A DNA stretch of 64,000 nucleotides from an uncultured virus (IMG/VR IMGVR_UViG_3300033068_001295) (taxonomy: Duplodnaviria > Heunggongvirae > Uroviricota > Caudoviricetes), in the IMG/VR virus record IMGVR_UViG_3300033068_001295; one strand, given 5' to 3'. Both the position numbers and the translations under genes were made by a program. Position 1 is the first letter of the stretch; every line of letters starts with the position of its first letter. Below the pieces are notes generated by a model, which was given only the letters and a program-made list of their open reading frames with translations, was not told the origin of the DNA and made no database searches. Below are positions 53,262 to 62,229 of this stretch, piece after piece.

Positions 53262-53990
53262 TAAATACTTTGGCGAGTAGATATAAAAGTTCCAAAATTA
53301 TCATAGTGAGGAACACTTCTAAGTCTTATGGACTATTGTTACAATAGAAGTTTATCTGTTAGTGGATAATCGGTTGCAAACGTCTAACAGTTTCATTTTA
53401 TTTTTATTGAAAATACAAGTTTTGTTATTATTTGTCGCTATTTAATATAAAATCAAAACATATCGATTAACCATCTGATTAGAACAACCCTTAATAGCGA
53501 CTTTAAAGGGCTTTTTCTTTTTAGGTGGTTTCGTTTTTTTATGACGTGTGGCTATGAGAAATCATTCACGTTGCGATAAGAGGAAAGTTCTCTTATTTAA
53601 GCTAAAGGGAAAGGAAGTTAATTCTATCTCCGCCTGAGGATGGCAGTTACACAACTTCTGCCAATTTTACGCAAGTAGGTGTTTAAATAAATAATAACAC
53701 TGAATACCCTTTGATAAGGTATAGTAATAGAACAAAAAGTTACGAGAGAATAATATAGATTCGGTGTTTTTCGACTCTCGGAGATGATGGTAGTCAACCT
53801 CAAGCGAAGTTTATACTTTGAAAATCTTCAATACACCCAAACTTTACTTAGAGTTATCAAATTTAATTTTAATGGGGGTTTGGGGGTGTTCTTTTAGAGA
53901 ATTAAATATTTCCTTAGCTCTGATTACCTTTGAAGTATAAACTTCACTCTGTTTCTTCTCCGTCGGTTTTATACAGAATCTATTTAAAAC
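53262..53990 (+). ncRNA. Candidate large structured ncRNA or cluster of ncRNAs
   Basis: No ORF of 60 aa or more; many nested stems with plus-strand G.U pairs and GNRA loops (see findings). Confidence 0.6.
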
Positions 53991-54052
53991 TGATTTTTAA
54001 TGTTTATAGTAAAATAATTGTAGATTAATTAGGCTATTTAAATTTTTATTAT

Positions 54053-54060
54053 TATATTTG
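54053..54060 (+). promoter_or_regulatory. TATATTTG -7 element upstream of helicase
   Basis: Consensus match. Confidence 0.55.
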
Positions 54061-54140
54061 TACTCAGAACTTAAAATAATCTTATAAAGTATTACTTACT
54101 AAAAATAGGTAAAAAAATAACTGCAAAAACGATTTAGAGA

Positions 54141-55643
54141 TTGATGAGATATACACTAAGACCAAGGCAAGAAGAAGCTGTACAAAAAATAGAAAATTTT
54201 ATATTAAATTCTAAAACTAATCATGGAGTATTTGTTTACCCAACAGGTTTTGGAAAATCTTTAATTATTAGTACATTAGCTCAAAAGTTTACAGATATGT
54301 ACTTTATAAATGTTACTAGCAGTAAAGAACTTGTTTCTCAAAACTATGAGAAATATAAATCTTACGGTTTTGAAGCATCAATATGTTCGGCTTCATTAAA
54401 TAGTAAAAATGTAAGTCATGTTACTTTCGCTACAATTGGTACGTTGGTAAAATTTGTAGACTTTTTTAAAGATAAGAAAGTAGTTATTGTTTATGATGAA
54501 GCACATACTGCATCTACCAAAGGCTCTCAAATAGATTTATTTTTAAGACAACTAAAGAACTACAGATTAGTTGGAGTCACTGCAACACCATTTAGGTTAT
54601 CAAATAGTATGCAGGGTTCTATGTTAAAAATGATGAATAGAGACAGAGATTGTATTTATAAATCAATAAATGATGTAGTTCAAATATCAGAAGTTGTAGA
54701 GCAAGGATATTGGAGTAAATTAATTTACGATATTAAAGATGTGGATGAAACAGATTTAGAATTAAACACAACAGGTTCTGATTATACAGATAAAAGCATA
54801 GAAAAATTTAAAGATGTTAATAATATTAATCAAAGAGTTATTGATGAAGTTAATAATTTAATATTAGAGGGTAGAAAATCTATTTTAGTTTCAGTTCCTT
54901 TTATTGCAGACGCAGAAGATATTTCAGCTAAAATAAGCTGTTCTAAGGCACTTTTTAGTGGAATGGATAATAAGGAAAGAGACAACATTATTAATGACTT
55001 TAAAAGCCTTAAATTAAAAGTTGTAATTCAATGTAAAATACTTACTATAGGTTTTGACCACCCACAATTAGATGCAATAGTCTTAGCAAAACCAAGTAAT
55101 TCTTTAACTTTCTTTTATCAGATTATAGGCAGAGGTGTAAGAGTCCACAAGGAAAAATTAGATTGTAAGATAGTAGATTTAAGTGGTAATTGTAATAAAT
55201 TTGGAAATGTTGAAACAATAACTATTGAAAATGAAAAATTGACAAAAGGATGGGCTGTGTTTAATAATGATATGCTATTGAGTAATTATCCTTTAAATAC
55301 AACAAATCGTCCAACAAAAAAAAGTTTACAAGCTAAAGTAGATTGGGATGCTGAATCTGAAAAAGGTGTTAGTGTAGATTTAATTATGTATTTTGGTAAG
55401 TACAAAGATAAAAAAGTGTCAGAAGTAATTAAAGAGAATAAATCATATTTAACTTGGCTATTAGACCAAAAAGATTTTAATTGGTATGGAGATAAAGGGA
55501 CTAAGTTAAAAGAATGTATTGAAAGACATTTAGGTGTTTTTATAGAAAAGTATAAAGTTATAAATACAATTAACTCAAAAGACATTATAAATAGTTATAC
55601 AAATTCAATTAAAACAATAACAGATTTAAATAATTTATGGTAA
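54141..55643 (+). CDS. SF2 (DEAH) helicase, UvsW/RadD-like, with C-terminal FGKY/YLxW (DUF3820-like) domain
   Basis: PTGFGKS, DEAH, TATP, GFDHP, QIIGRGVR; FGKYKDK...SYLTWLL. Confidence 0.9.
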   Translation: MMRYTLRPRQEEAVQKIENFILNSKTNHGVFVYPTGFGKSLIISTLAQKFTDMYFINVTSSKELVSQNYEKYKSYGFEASICSASLNSKNVSHVTFATIGTLVKFVDFFKDKKVVIVYDEAHTASTKGSQIDLFLRQLKNYRLVGVTATPFRLSNSMQGSMLKMMNRDRDCIYKSINDVVQISEVVEQGYWSKLIYDIKDVDETDLELNTTGSDYTDKSIEKFKDVNNINQRVIDEVNNLILEGRKSILVSVPFIADAEDISAKISCSKALFSGMDNKERDNIINDFKSLKLKVVIQCKILTIGFDHPQLDAIVLAKPSNSLTFFYQIIGRGVRVHKEKLDCKIVDLSGNCNKFGNVETITIENEKLTKGWAVFNNDMLLSNYPLNTTNRPTKKSLQAKVDWDAESEKGVSVDLIMYFGKYKDKKVSEVIKENKSYLTWLLDQKDFNWYGDKGTKLKECIERHLGVFIEKYKVINTINSKDIINSYTNSIKTITDLNNLW

Positions 55644-55668
55644 ACTTGCACATGTAAAAAATAATACA

Positions 55669-55676
55669 TATATTTG
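55669..55676 (+). promoter_or_regulatory. TATATTTG -7 element
   Basis: Consensus match with TTG about 20 nt upstream. Confidence 0.6.
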
Positions 55677-55696
55677 TAGAATAAAAATAAATAATT

Positions 55697-55927
55697 ATGT
55701 TTGAAGTAGATAATACAATGTCTTATAAAACACCGCCATTAATCAATAATGATTTTAAAGAGCTTAATTCAGAAATAGATGGCGTACATTACTTTGTAAA
55801 TAATAATTGTACTGTTGAAGTAGATTTAAATAATCAATGTTATAATATTATATATAAAGATATTTCTTATATTAAAAACTTAGAATACCTAAAAGAAACT
55901 ACCATCGCAGTAAACTATATATATTAA
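55697..55927 (+). CDS. Hypothetical protein
   Basis: ORF after promoter. Confidence 0.5.
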   Translation: MFEVDNTMSYKTPPLINNDFKELNSEIDGVHYFVNNNCTVEVDLNNQCYNIIYKDISYIKNLEYLKETTIAVNYIY

Positions 55928-55967
55928 GTTTACCTAAACAAAACCATAACTAATCTTACAAAAAAAA

Positions 55968-56120
55968 ATGAAAATAACAAAGAAAGAAAAAGTATATAAC
56001 TGTCCAAATTGCGGAGAGAAAGAAGTAAAATACACAGTTGTAGAAGACGCAGATGAAGTGACAATTACTATTCATAAATGCACATCATGTAATTACCAAG
56101 CACACTTAGGAGATTTATAA
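55968..56120 (+). CDS. 50-aa zinc-ribbon protein
   Basis: Manual translation MKITKKEKVYNCPNCGEKE...KCTSCNYQAHLGDL*. Confidence 0.65.
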   Translation: MKITKKEKVYNCPNCGEKEVKYTVVEDADEVTITIHKCTSCNYQAHLGDL

Positions 56121-56465
56121 ATGTTAGTAAGTAAAAGAATTTTATTAAAAGCCTCTACACTACTAAACGTTTTTTGCAAACAAAATAAATCGAACTTCTA
56201 TTTAATTGAAAACGGACTTCCGCCACCAAAAAAAGATAAAGTACAGAAATGGCTCAGAGAAGAATACAATATAGATATTTGCATTCATTTAATAGGTTTT
56301 TATGGTGATGTAAGAACGTTTAAAAATTACGGTGGATTTTATACAATAGAAGATGAAATATGCTATTTAGGAATGTGTGAAAAACTCACAACTTATGAAA
56401 AAGCACAAGAAGAATTAATAACCTTAGTGTTACAAAGATTAGTTTATGATGATGATTGTAGGTAG
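56121..56465 (+). CDS. Hypothetical phage protein
   Basis: QKWLREEYNIDI...TYEKAQE motif. Confidence 0.6.
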   Translation: MLVSKRILLKASTLLNVFCKQNKSNFYLIENGLPPPKKDKVQKWLREEYNIDICIHLIGFYGDVRTFKNYGGFYTIEDEICYLGMCEKLTTYEKAQEELITLVLQRLVYDDDCR

Positions 56466-56487
56466 AGTAAGAATGAAATTAAGTTAA

Positions 56488-57633
56488 ATGTTCAAAAGAT
56501 TAAGAGTAAAATTGTATCCGACACAAAAACAAAAAGAAATGTTTAACATGCATTTTGATGGGTATCGTTTTGCTTATAATTTATGTCTTCAATATAAAGA
56601 AACATTATGGAAACACCACAAATTAAACGTTTCTGGATACACAATGCAATCTGAATTATTTGAAATAAGAAAACAAAGCGATTGGCTTATTAAATGCAAA
56701 GCGGAGTGTATTAGAGATGCCGCTTTAAATGTTGAGAAAACCTATAAAAAGTTTTTTAAAGGGAATGGATTTCCAAAATATAAGTCTAAACGTGGCGAAC
56801 AAAGTTTTACAGCACATCAATCAATAAATTGTAAAAACAACAAAATAAGTTTTTTTGGAGAAAAAATTAAATTTAAAACTTCTGAAAAGCACAATCAACT
56901 ATTAGAAACACACAAGATAAAACAATGCACTTTTAAAAAAGATTTGTGTGGAGACTATTGGGCTACTTTGTTGATTGAAACGGAAGATGTGAAATCACTT
57001 CCGAAATCAGAAAATACAATTGGAATTGATTTAGGAGTTAAGGATTTAGCTGTTACTTCTGAAGGACAAGTATTTGAAAACAAAAAGTTTTTACAATCTA
57101 ATTATTTTAAGTTAAGAAAGTTACAAAGAAGACTTGCAAAAACTAAAAAAGGCGGACAAAATAGAGAAAAATTAAGAATCAAAATAGCAAAATTATGTAG
57201 AAAAATAAAAAGACAAAAAGAACACCATTATCATCAAATTACAAATGAATTACTTAGCGATAACCAAACAATAGTAATGGAGACTTTAAATGTAAAATCG
57301 ATGATGGAAGAAAAGAAAATATCAAGAAATATTTCAGACGCTTCTTGGGGCTTATTAACACAGATGTTAGAATACAAGTGCAATTGGTATGGAAGAAACT
57401 TAATAAAGATAAATAAGTGGTATCCGTCTTCAAAAACTTGTTCTAACTGCGGAAATGTAAAAGAAAAGTTATTGCTTTCCGAAAGAGTTTACAACTGTGA
57501 AGTTTGTAAAATAGAAATAGATAGAGATTTAAACGCCTCTATAAATATAAGAAATTCAGGGATAAAAATACCCGAAGTGACTGTGGAGAATGCGAACATT
57601 AGTTCGGTCGATGAAGCAGTAATTATTAACTAA
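56488..57633 (+). CDS. tnpB: TnpB RNA-guided endonuclease (IS200/IS605/IS607 family), no TnpA nearby
   Basis: N-terminal KLYPT HTH, RuvC I GIDLG, RuvC II VMETL, Zn finger CSNC...CEVC, RuvC III DRDLNASINI. Confidence 0.92.
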   Translation: MFKRLRVKLYPTQKQKEMFNMHFDGYRFAYNLCLQYKETLWKHHKLNVSGYTMQSELFEIRKQSDWLIKCKAECIRDAALNVEKTYKKFFKGNGFPKYKSKRGEQSFTAHQSINCKNNKISFFGEKIKFKTSEKHNQLLETHKIKQCTFKKDLCGDYWATLLIETEDVKSLPKSENTIGIDLGVKDLAVTSEGQVFENKKFLQSNYFKLRKLQRRLAKTKKGGQNREKLRIKIAKLCRKIKRQKEHHYHQITNELLSDNQTIVMETLNVKSMMEEKKISRNISDASWGLLTQMLEYKCNWYGRNLIKINKWYPSSKTCSNCGNVKEKLLLSERVYNCEVCKIEIDRDLNASINIRNSGIKIPEVTVENANISSVDEAVIIN

Positions 57634-57650
57634 AATTAATAAAATTTTGA
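57555..57650 (+). ncRNA. Putative omegaRNA/reRNA overlapping the tnpB 3' end
   Basis: Locally GC-richer; gggata-aaaa-taccc and cgaac-atta-gttcg hairpins and actgt/gcagt pairing; expected position for TnpB RNAs; boundaries approximate. Confidence 0.45.
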
Positions 57651-58006
57651 AAACACATAGATTTTACAAAGATGAATTAGGTTGGTTTATTGATTTAAAA
57701 CGGTTTCCATTTAATAGGTCTCATTTGGCTATGGTTTGTGGCGCGGATGAATTACTAGAAAAACTGTCAGGCGGAGATAAAGAAGTGTTTTTGACAATAA
57801 GTACAAAACCTATTGATAATTGTTATGATTGTTTACACAGAGTTTTAAAACTAGGACTCCTAAATGGAGCTATTTATTCTCCTAGTTCTTTACATGCGCC
57901 GTTAAAAAATAAAATAACAGAGACAAATCAACTATGGTTATGTGCTGTAACATTACTAGTGTTTGGGCATTATCCTAAGAAAATATATTTTAAAATTGGA
58001 AAATAG
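57647..58006 (+). CDS. Hypothetical phage protein
   Basis: WFIDL...LAMVCGADELL...WLCAVT...FGHYPKKIY. Confidence 0.6.
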   Translation: MKTHRFYKDELGWFIDLKRFPFNRSHLAMVCGADELLEKLSGGDKEVFLTISTKPIDNCYDCLHRVLKLGLLNGAIYSPSSLHAPLKNKITETNQLWLCAVTLLVFGHYPKKIYFKIGK

Positions 58007-58226
58007 CACATTTAAACTAATTTTAGACAGAGAGTGGAAAGTTGGTAATTTACTACAAGACCACGTAGAGCAAAGATATTTAAAAGTATTAACTGAGCCA
58101 ATACATAAGTATTATAAATGGTATCATAAACTTTTAAATAAAATTACATTAGGATATAGATTTAATGAAGGCTATGAATACACTGTTGAGTCTGTGCCTA
58201 AAAAATTAAAAATTGGATTATTATGA
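57963..58226 (+). CDS. Hypothetical protein (start uncertain)
   Basis: ORF track; overlaps neighbours. Confidence 0.45.
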   Translation: MGIILRKYILKLENSTFKLILDREWKVGNLLQDHVEQRYLKVLTEPIHKYYKWYHKLLNKITLGYRFNEGYEYTVESVPKKLKIGLL

Positions 58227-58426
58227 GAGAAAAAATAGAAGAATTAATAAAAGAGTTAAAACTTAGAAAGCAAGAGGTTTTTGAGGAGTCTAATGAACTA
58301 TCTCAAATAAATAAACAAAAGCTATGTGAAGATGAAAAACGCATCTTAGAAGACCGTCTGTTACTTTTAGAGCAAGAATATAGTCTCAGAAACAGTTTTA
58401 TTTGTGAGTTACATGACTTATTATAA
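58223..58426 (+). CDS. Small coiled-coil protein
   Basis: Coupled ORF. Confidence 0.55.
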   Translation: MREKIEELIKELKLRKQEVFEESNELSQINKQKLCEDEKRILEDRLLLLEQEYSLRNSFICELHDLL

Positions 58427-58609
58427 TGATAAAAGAAGAGTTTTTTAATTTAGAAAAGCCCCGATATTTTTTCACAAAATGAGTGGGATGATTCTATGCA
58501 CGTTGTTTGGTTGATAGATATTGTAGGAACTTCTGCTTCTATGGCTTGTAGTTCGGTAATGTATTATACAGCAAATTGTATAAATTATATAAGAGAAAAA
58601 TTAAAATGA
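58426..58609 (+). pseudogene. Small gene broken by an extra C in cccc (58459-58462)
   Basis: Removing one C gives a 60-aa ORF whose start and stop overlap both neighbours. Confidence 0.55.
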
Positions 58610-58848
58610 ACTATTTAAAAGTAATATTTAGACTACCATCTCTATTACCTTATCTTTTTATTTGTTTGATTTATTTAGGTTTAATATTTTATTATACGCC
58701 GATAGTTGAACTAATGATTTTAAAAGAGAACGGTCAGTTTAGTGAAGCTGTTATCAGTAAAGGAAAACCTATTGTAGATAGGTATGTTGGAATATTAGAT
58801 TTCTTTTCTTTCTATTTTTGGATTATTTTTATTTATGCCGCCGTCTAA
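58606..58848 (+). CDS. Small membrane protein
   Basis: Two hydrophobic segments; probable start MNYLK. Confidence 0.55.
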   Translation: MNYLKVIFRLPSLLPYLFICLIYLGLIFYYTPIVELMILKENGQFSEAVISKGKPIVDRYVGILDFFSFYFWIIFIYAAV

Positions 58849-59215
58849 AGAAGTTAAAACATCCATACGGCAGTTTAAAGATGGTTCTAGCCATTTTTGG
58901 TGTGACAATGCTCATTATTTTTTAAATGAGAATAATGAAATTATATGGTGTGCGGGAGAGCAAGATAAAGAAGAGTTAAGAACAGCACTTCAAGCGTACA
59001 TTAAGAGAAACAATAAAGTATTTATTGGAAGGCAAGAAAGTAAAGTTGTAAAATCTTATAGCGAAATGTTTACTTTCGGAAAGCACATTAATAAAACGGT
59101 AGATGAAGTCTTTTTACTAGAAAAAAGCTATTTGGAGTGGTGCTTAGAGAAGTATTCTTTTACTTCCGCGCAAGAAAAATTAAAAACAGAGATAACAGAA
59201 ATTTTAAAATCGTAA
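58835..59215 (+). CDS. Protein with C-terminal FGKH/YLxW (DUF3820-like) domain
   Basis: FTFGKHINKTVDEV...SYLEWCL. Confidence 0.6.
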   Translation: MPPSKEVKTSIRQFKDGSSHFWCDNAHYFLNENNEIIWCAGEQDKEELRTALQAYIKRNNKVFIGRQESKVVKSYSEMFTFGKHINKTVDEVFLLEKSYLEWCLEKYSFTSAQEKLKTEITEILKS

Positions 59216-59230
59216 ATCGCAATATAAGAT

Positions 59231-59509
59231 ATGACAGCATCAAAATGTAATACATGTGGACACAATTATCCTTGCATGTGTAGACAACCATTAGGACAAT
59301 TTAAAACAGTACATGAGAATGCAGTTTTAATTAACCCACCAAATCCAATAGAAGATATTGAAAAGTTTTTAAAACAAAAAAGAGAGGAATTTACAGAACA
59401 AACTGAAAAACTTCTCGCGCAAAGAAAAATAAAAGAACTGATTAAAAAATATCCAAACGATTTAGAGTTAGGTAGAGAAATAAGAAAAATGTTTGCAGAT
59501 GAAATTTAA
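59231..59509 (+). CDS. Hypothetical protein
   Basis: YPNDLELGREIRK motif. Confidence 0.55.
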   Translation: MTASKCNTCGHNYPCMCRQPLGQFKTVHENAVLINPPNPIEDIEKFLKQKREEFTEQTEKLLAQRKIKELIKKYPNDLELGREIRKMFADEI

Positions 59510-59691
59510 ACTAACAAAAGAGCAGATAGGAAAATACGAACTTTGGAGAAAAACTTTAAATAAAGTTGACTATGGAGCAATCGGTGGTGGTGCTTGGTTT
59601 ATGTTTTGTCCGACAGGTTTAGGGGGATATTGTAAAAGTAAAACGTGATGACGGCGCGGAAATAGATTTAACAGAAGAAGATAAGTGGTAA
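59499..59691 (+). pseudogene. Small phage gene broken by an extra G in ggggg (59622-59626)
   Basis: MKFKLTKEQ...YGAIGGGAWFMFCPTGLG continues in the shifted frame as DIVKVKRDDGAEIDLTEEDKW*. Confidence 0.65.
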
Positions 59692-59764
59692 CAAAACCCC
59701 CGAAAAAATTTAAAAACAACCATAAATTTAAGTTAAACCTCTTGTAAATAAAACAATATTTAAT

Positions 59765-59772
59765 TATATTTG
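59765..59772 (+). promoter_or_regulatory. TATATTTG -7 element of the recombination operon
   Basis: Consensus match 4 nt before the ATG. Confidence 0.6.
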
Positions 59773-59776
59773 TAGA

Positions 59777-60163
59777 ATGATTAGAAAATACAGTAAGAAA
59801 GGTTTAGAAAAAAGAAAATCCGAGCGAGAGTGTTTGCCTGAATTCTTTAAAAAACATATCGACATAATTAAGTACTATAAATTATCTTGTAGTAATTGTG
59901 GAGAACGTTTGGTTGGAGATGTTAGTGAAGTAGCACACAGACTCCCAAAATCTTTTTTTAAATCTATAATGTGTGATGATGAAAATGTAACTTATTTAGG
60001 AGGAAGATTTAGCAAGTGCGGTTGCCATTCCTTGTATGACGGTACAAATGAACAGTTACAATCCCTTTTAATTTTCCCCGCAGAGAGAGAGATAATAAAA
60101 AAATTATTAGAAAAAGTAACAGAAAATATAAACTATAAACTATACGATAGATGGCTTCTTTAG
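59777..60163 (+). CDS. HNH-like (NinG/Ref-type) nuclease
   Basis: CSNCG...VAHRLPK...NV...CHSLYD. Confidence 0.65.
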   Translation: MIRKYSKKGLEKRKSERECLPEFFKKHIDIIKYYKLSCSNCGERLVGDVSEVAHRLPKSFFKSIMCDDENVTYLGGRFSKCGCHSLYDGTNEQLQSLLIFPAEREIIKKLLEKVTENINYKLYDRWLL

Positions 60164-61122
60164 AAGAAACACTTAAAAAATTAAACAAAGGAAAACGAGA
60201 ACAAGATAATTATTCTTTATTAAAAGAAAAAGAAGTTATAAGAACAAGAACATCTACAGGAAGCCCTTATCTTGATTACTTATCAGGTGGGTTTATGAAT
60301 GGTGGTTATAACTGCCTTGTAGCTAAAGGCGGAAGCGGTAAGAGTTCTATTTCTCTATTGGCTTGTAAAGATACAATTGACAGAAGAGGTAAGGTAGCTG
60401 TTTATTTCGATGGAGAAGGTACTTTAGATGATTCATATTTTAAAAGAATGGGTATAAATAAAGATAAGTTTATACATATTCGGCATAGAAATTTAGAAAG
60501 AATGTTAGATGAAGCGGAAGCATTTGCACAAGCTGATGAAGTCGGAATTATAGTTTTTGACTCAATTCCTATTTTTAAATCAACAGTTGTTCAAGAAAAA
60601 TCAGCAGGTGACTATACTATTGGTATTGAAGCACAAAGATGGGGCACTCGTATGACCTTGATTGAGGGTTATGCAGTAGCAAGAGACATTTGTTTATTAG
60701 GCTTACAACATTATAAGAAAGACCCAGGAGTTATGATGGGAGATAATCGAACACTTTCGCGAGGTGAGTGGCAAGGCACAATGATGAACACTTTTATAGA
60801 TTTAACTAAAAAGAAGATAATTTTAGATGAAAATAAAAATATTATTGGGCATACTTTAGATGTGAGAATTAAAAAATCAAAAGGAAGTGCTTATGACCCA
60901 ACAGAAGTTTTTAATGTTAATTTCTATAATGAAGGTGGGTTTAATCAAATAGATGAGTATGCAAGAGTTTTTGTAGAAACAGAAATAGCAAAACAAGGCG
61001 GAGCTTGGATTAAATTTCCTAACAAAGACGCTGAAGAAGTTTCAGTAAATGGCGTAGATAAATTTATTGAGCATTTAAAAGCAAATCCAGAAGATTTTGA
61101 ATTTTTAAAACAGCAGTTATGA
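60151..61122 (+). CDS. recA: RecA/UvsX-like recombinase
   Basis: STGSPYLD, GGSGKS Walker A, YFDGEG, IVFDSI Walker B, KQGGAW. Confidence 0.85.
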   Translation: MASLEETLKKLNKGKREQDNYSLLKEKEVIRTRTSTGSPYLDYLSGGFMNGGYNCLVAKGGSGKSSISLLACKDTIDRRGKVAVYFDGEGTLDDSYFKRMGINKDKFIHIRHRNLERMLDEAEAFAQADEVGIIVFDSIPIFKSTVVQEKSAGDYTIGIEAQRWGTRMTLIEGYAVARDICLLGLQHYKKDPGVMMGDNRTLSRGEWQGTMMNTFIDLTKKKIILDENKNIIGHTLDVRIKKSKGSAYDPTEVFNVNFYNEGGFNQIDEYARVFVETEIAKQGGAWIKFPNKDAEEVSVNGVDKFIEHLKANPEDFEFLKQQL

Positions 61123-61562
61123 GACCAATAGAAGATATTATAATAGAATATGAAGAATTAAGAGGTTCTTTTAAAAACTTTACCTCTGTTGGTGACGCAA
61201 ATAAAGATACACTTTTAGAATACCAACAACGCTTTTTAGATTTAAAGGCAGATTTACGACCTTGGCACACTAAAATGATGCATGCCTCTGAGATGCGAAG
61301 CGATAAGTCAGCCACTGCAATTAAAATGAGGATTGCAATAGCTATGGTAAAAGATGAATATACCTTTTCAGAAGAAGAAAAGGCTATGTATGAGAAGCCA
61401 CCGACCATATCAAATGCGGATAAATTTGCCGCGGCTACTAAACAGTACAGAGAATTTTTAGACCAAAGAGCCTTTTGGAAAGAAAGTTTTGTTAATGTTG
61501 CAGATTTACGAGAAGATTTACAAGGTTATATTACTTTGTGTAGAGATAGACAAAATAAATAA
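61119..61562 (+). CDS. Helical protein, possible UvsY-like recombination mediator
   Basis: Coupled to recA; all-helical, about 150 aa. Confidence 0.4.
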   Translation: MRPIEDIIIEYEELRGSFKNFTSVGDANKDTLLEYQQRFLDLKADLRPWHTKMMHASEMRSDKSATAIKMRIAIAMVKDEYTFSEEEKAMYEKPPTISNADKFAAATKQYREFLDQRAFWKESFVNVADLREDLQGYITLCRDRQNK

Positions 61563-61564
61563 TA

Positions 61565-61753
61565 ATGGAAAATAAAAAACAATTAGAATGTTGGTTTACA
61601 GGAGTAATGCCTAATATTAGGCTAGATGGTGTGAGGAATCCAACAATGGAGGATTTCAATACAATGAAAGAGTTAATTTATGTTAAGGGTGAAGATATAT
61701 ACAAGAGCATGGATAAGATTTTTGATGAATATTTAGAAAATAACAAGATGTAA
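61565..61753 (+). CDS. Hypothetical protein
   Basis: ORF track. Confidence 0.5.
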   Translation: MENKKQLECWFTGVMPNIRLDGVRNPTMEDFNTMKELIYVKGEDIYKSMDKIFDEYLENNKM

Positions 61754-62229
61754 TGAAAATAATTAAAATCAGTGGACTATTAAGAGACGGTGGTTCTATA
61801 AAAGAAATTATTACAGATAAAGGAATATTTAGCAGAGTAAAAAAGATAAATGGTAGTAATAATGGATATTGATGACGCTTTTGTAATATTACACTAAGTG
61901 CCCAAAAATGATTATTCAGATGAAGATGTAGAGATAAGAATTCCTTTTGACCACTTTCAAGAACTGTTAAGTTGGGCGCAATACTTAAACACAACAATAA
62001 AAATATGAAACGTAGCATAAGAAAAATAATAGATGAAGAACTACTATTTTTAAACAAAAATATAAAAACATTTGATGATATATCTCAATATAATAAAAGA
62101 AAAAACACTAATTACATTAAATTAATACTATATCTTAATGAAATTTGAATTAACAAAAGAACAAATAGAAAAGTATCAAAATTGGCGCAAAAAATAATTA
62201 AAAACTATATAAACAATTAAAATGAAAAA

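Noticed and set aside
53576..53596. gaggaaagt resembling the RNase P RNA GAGGAAAGUCC signature
   Set aside because: Continues as ttctc, sits in a local hairpin, and no matching 3' P4 strand was found
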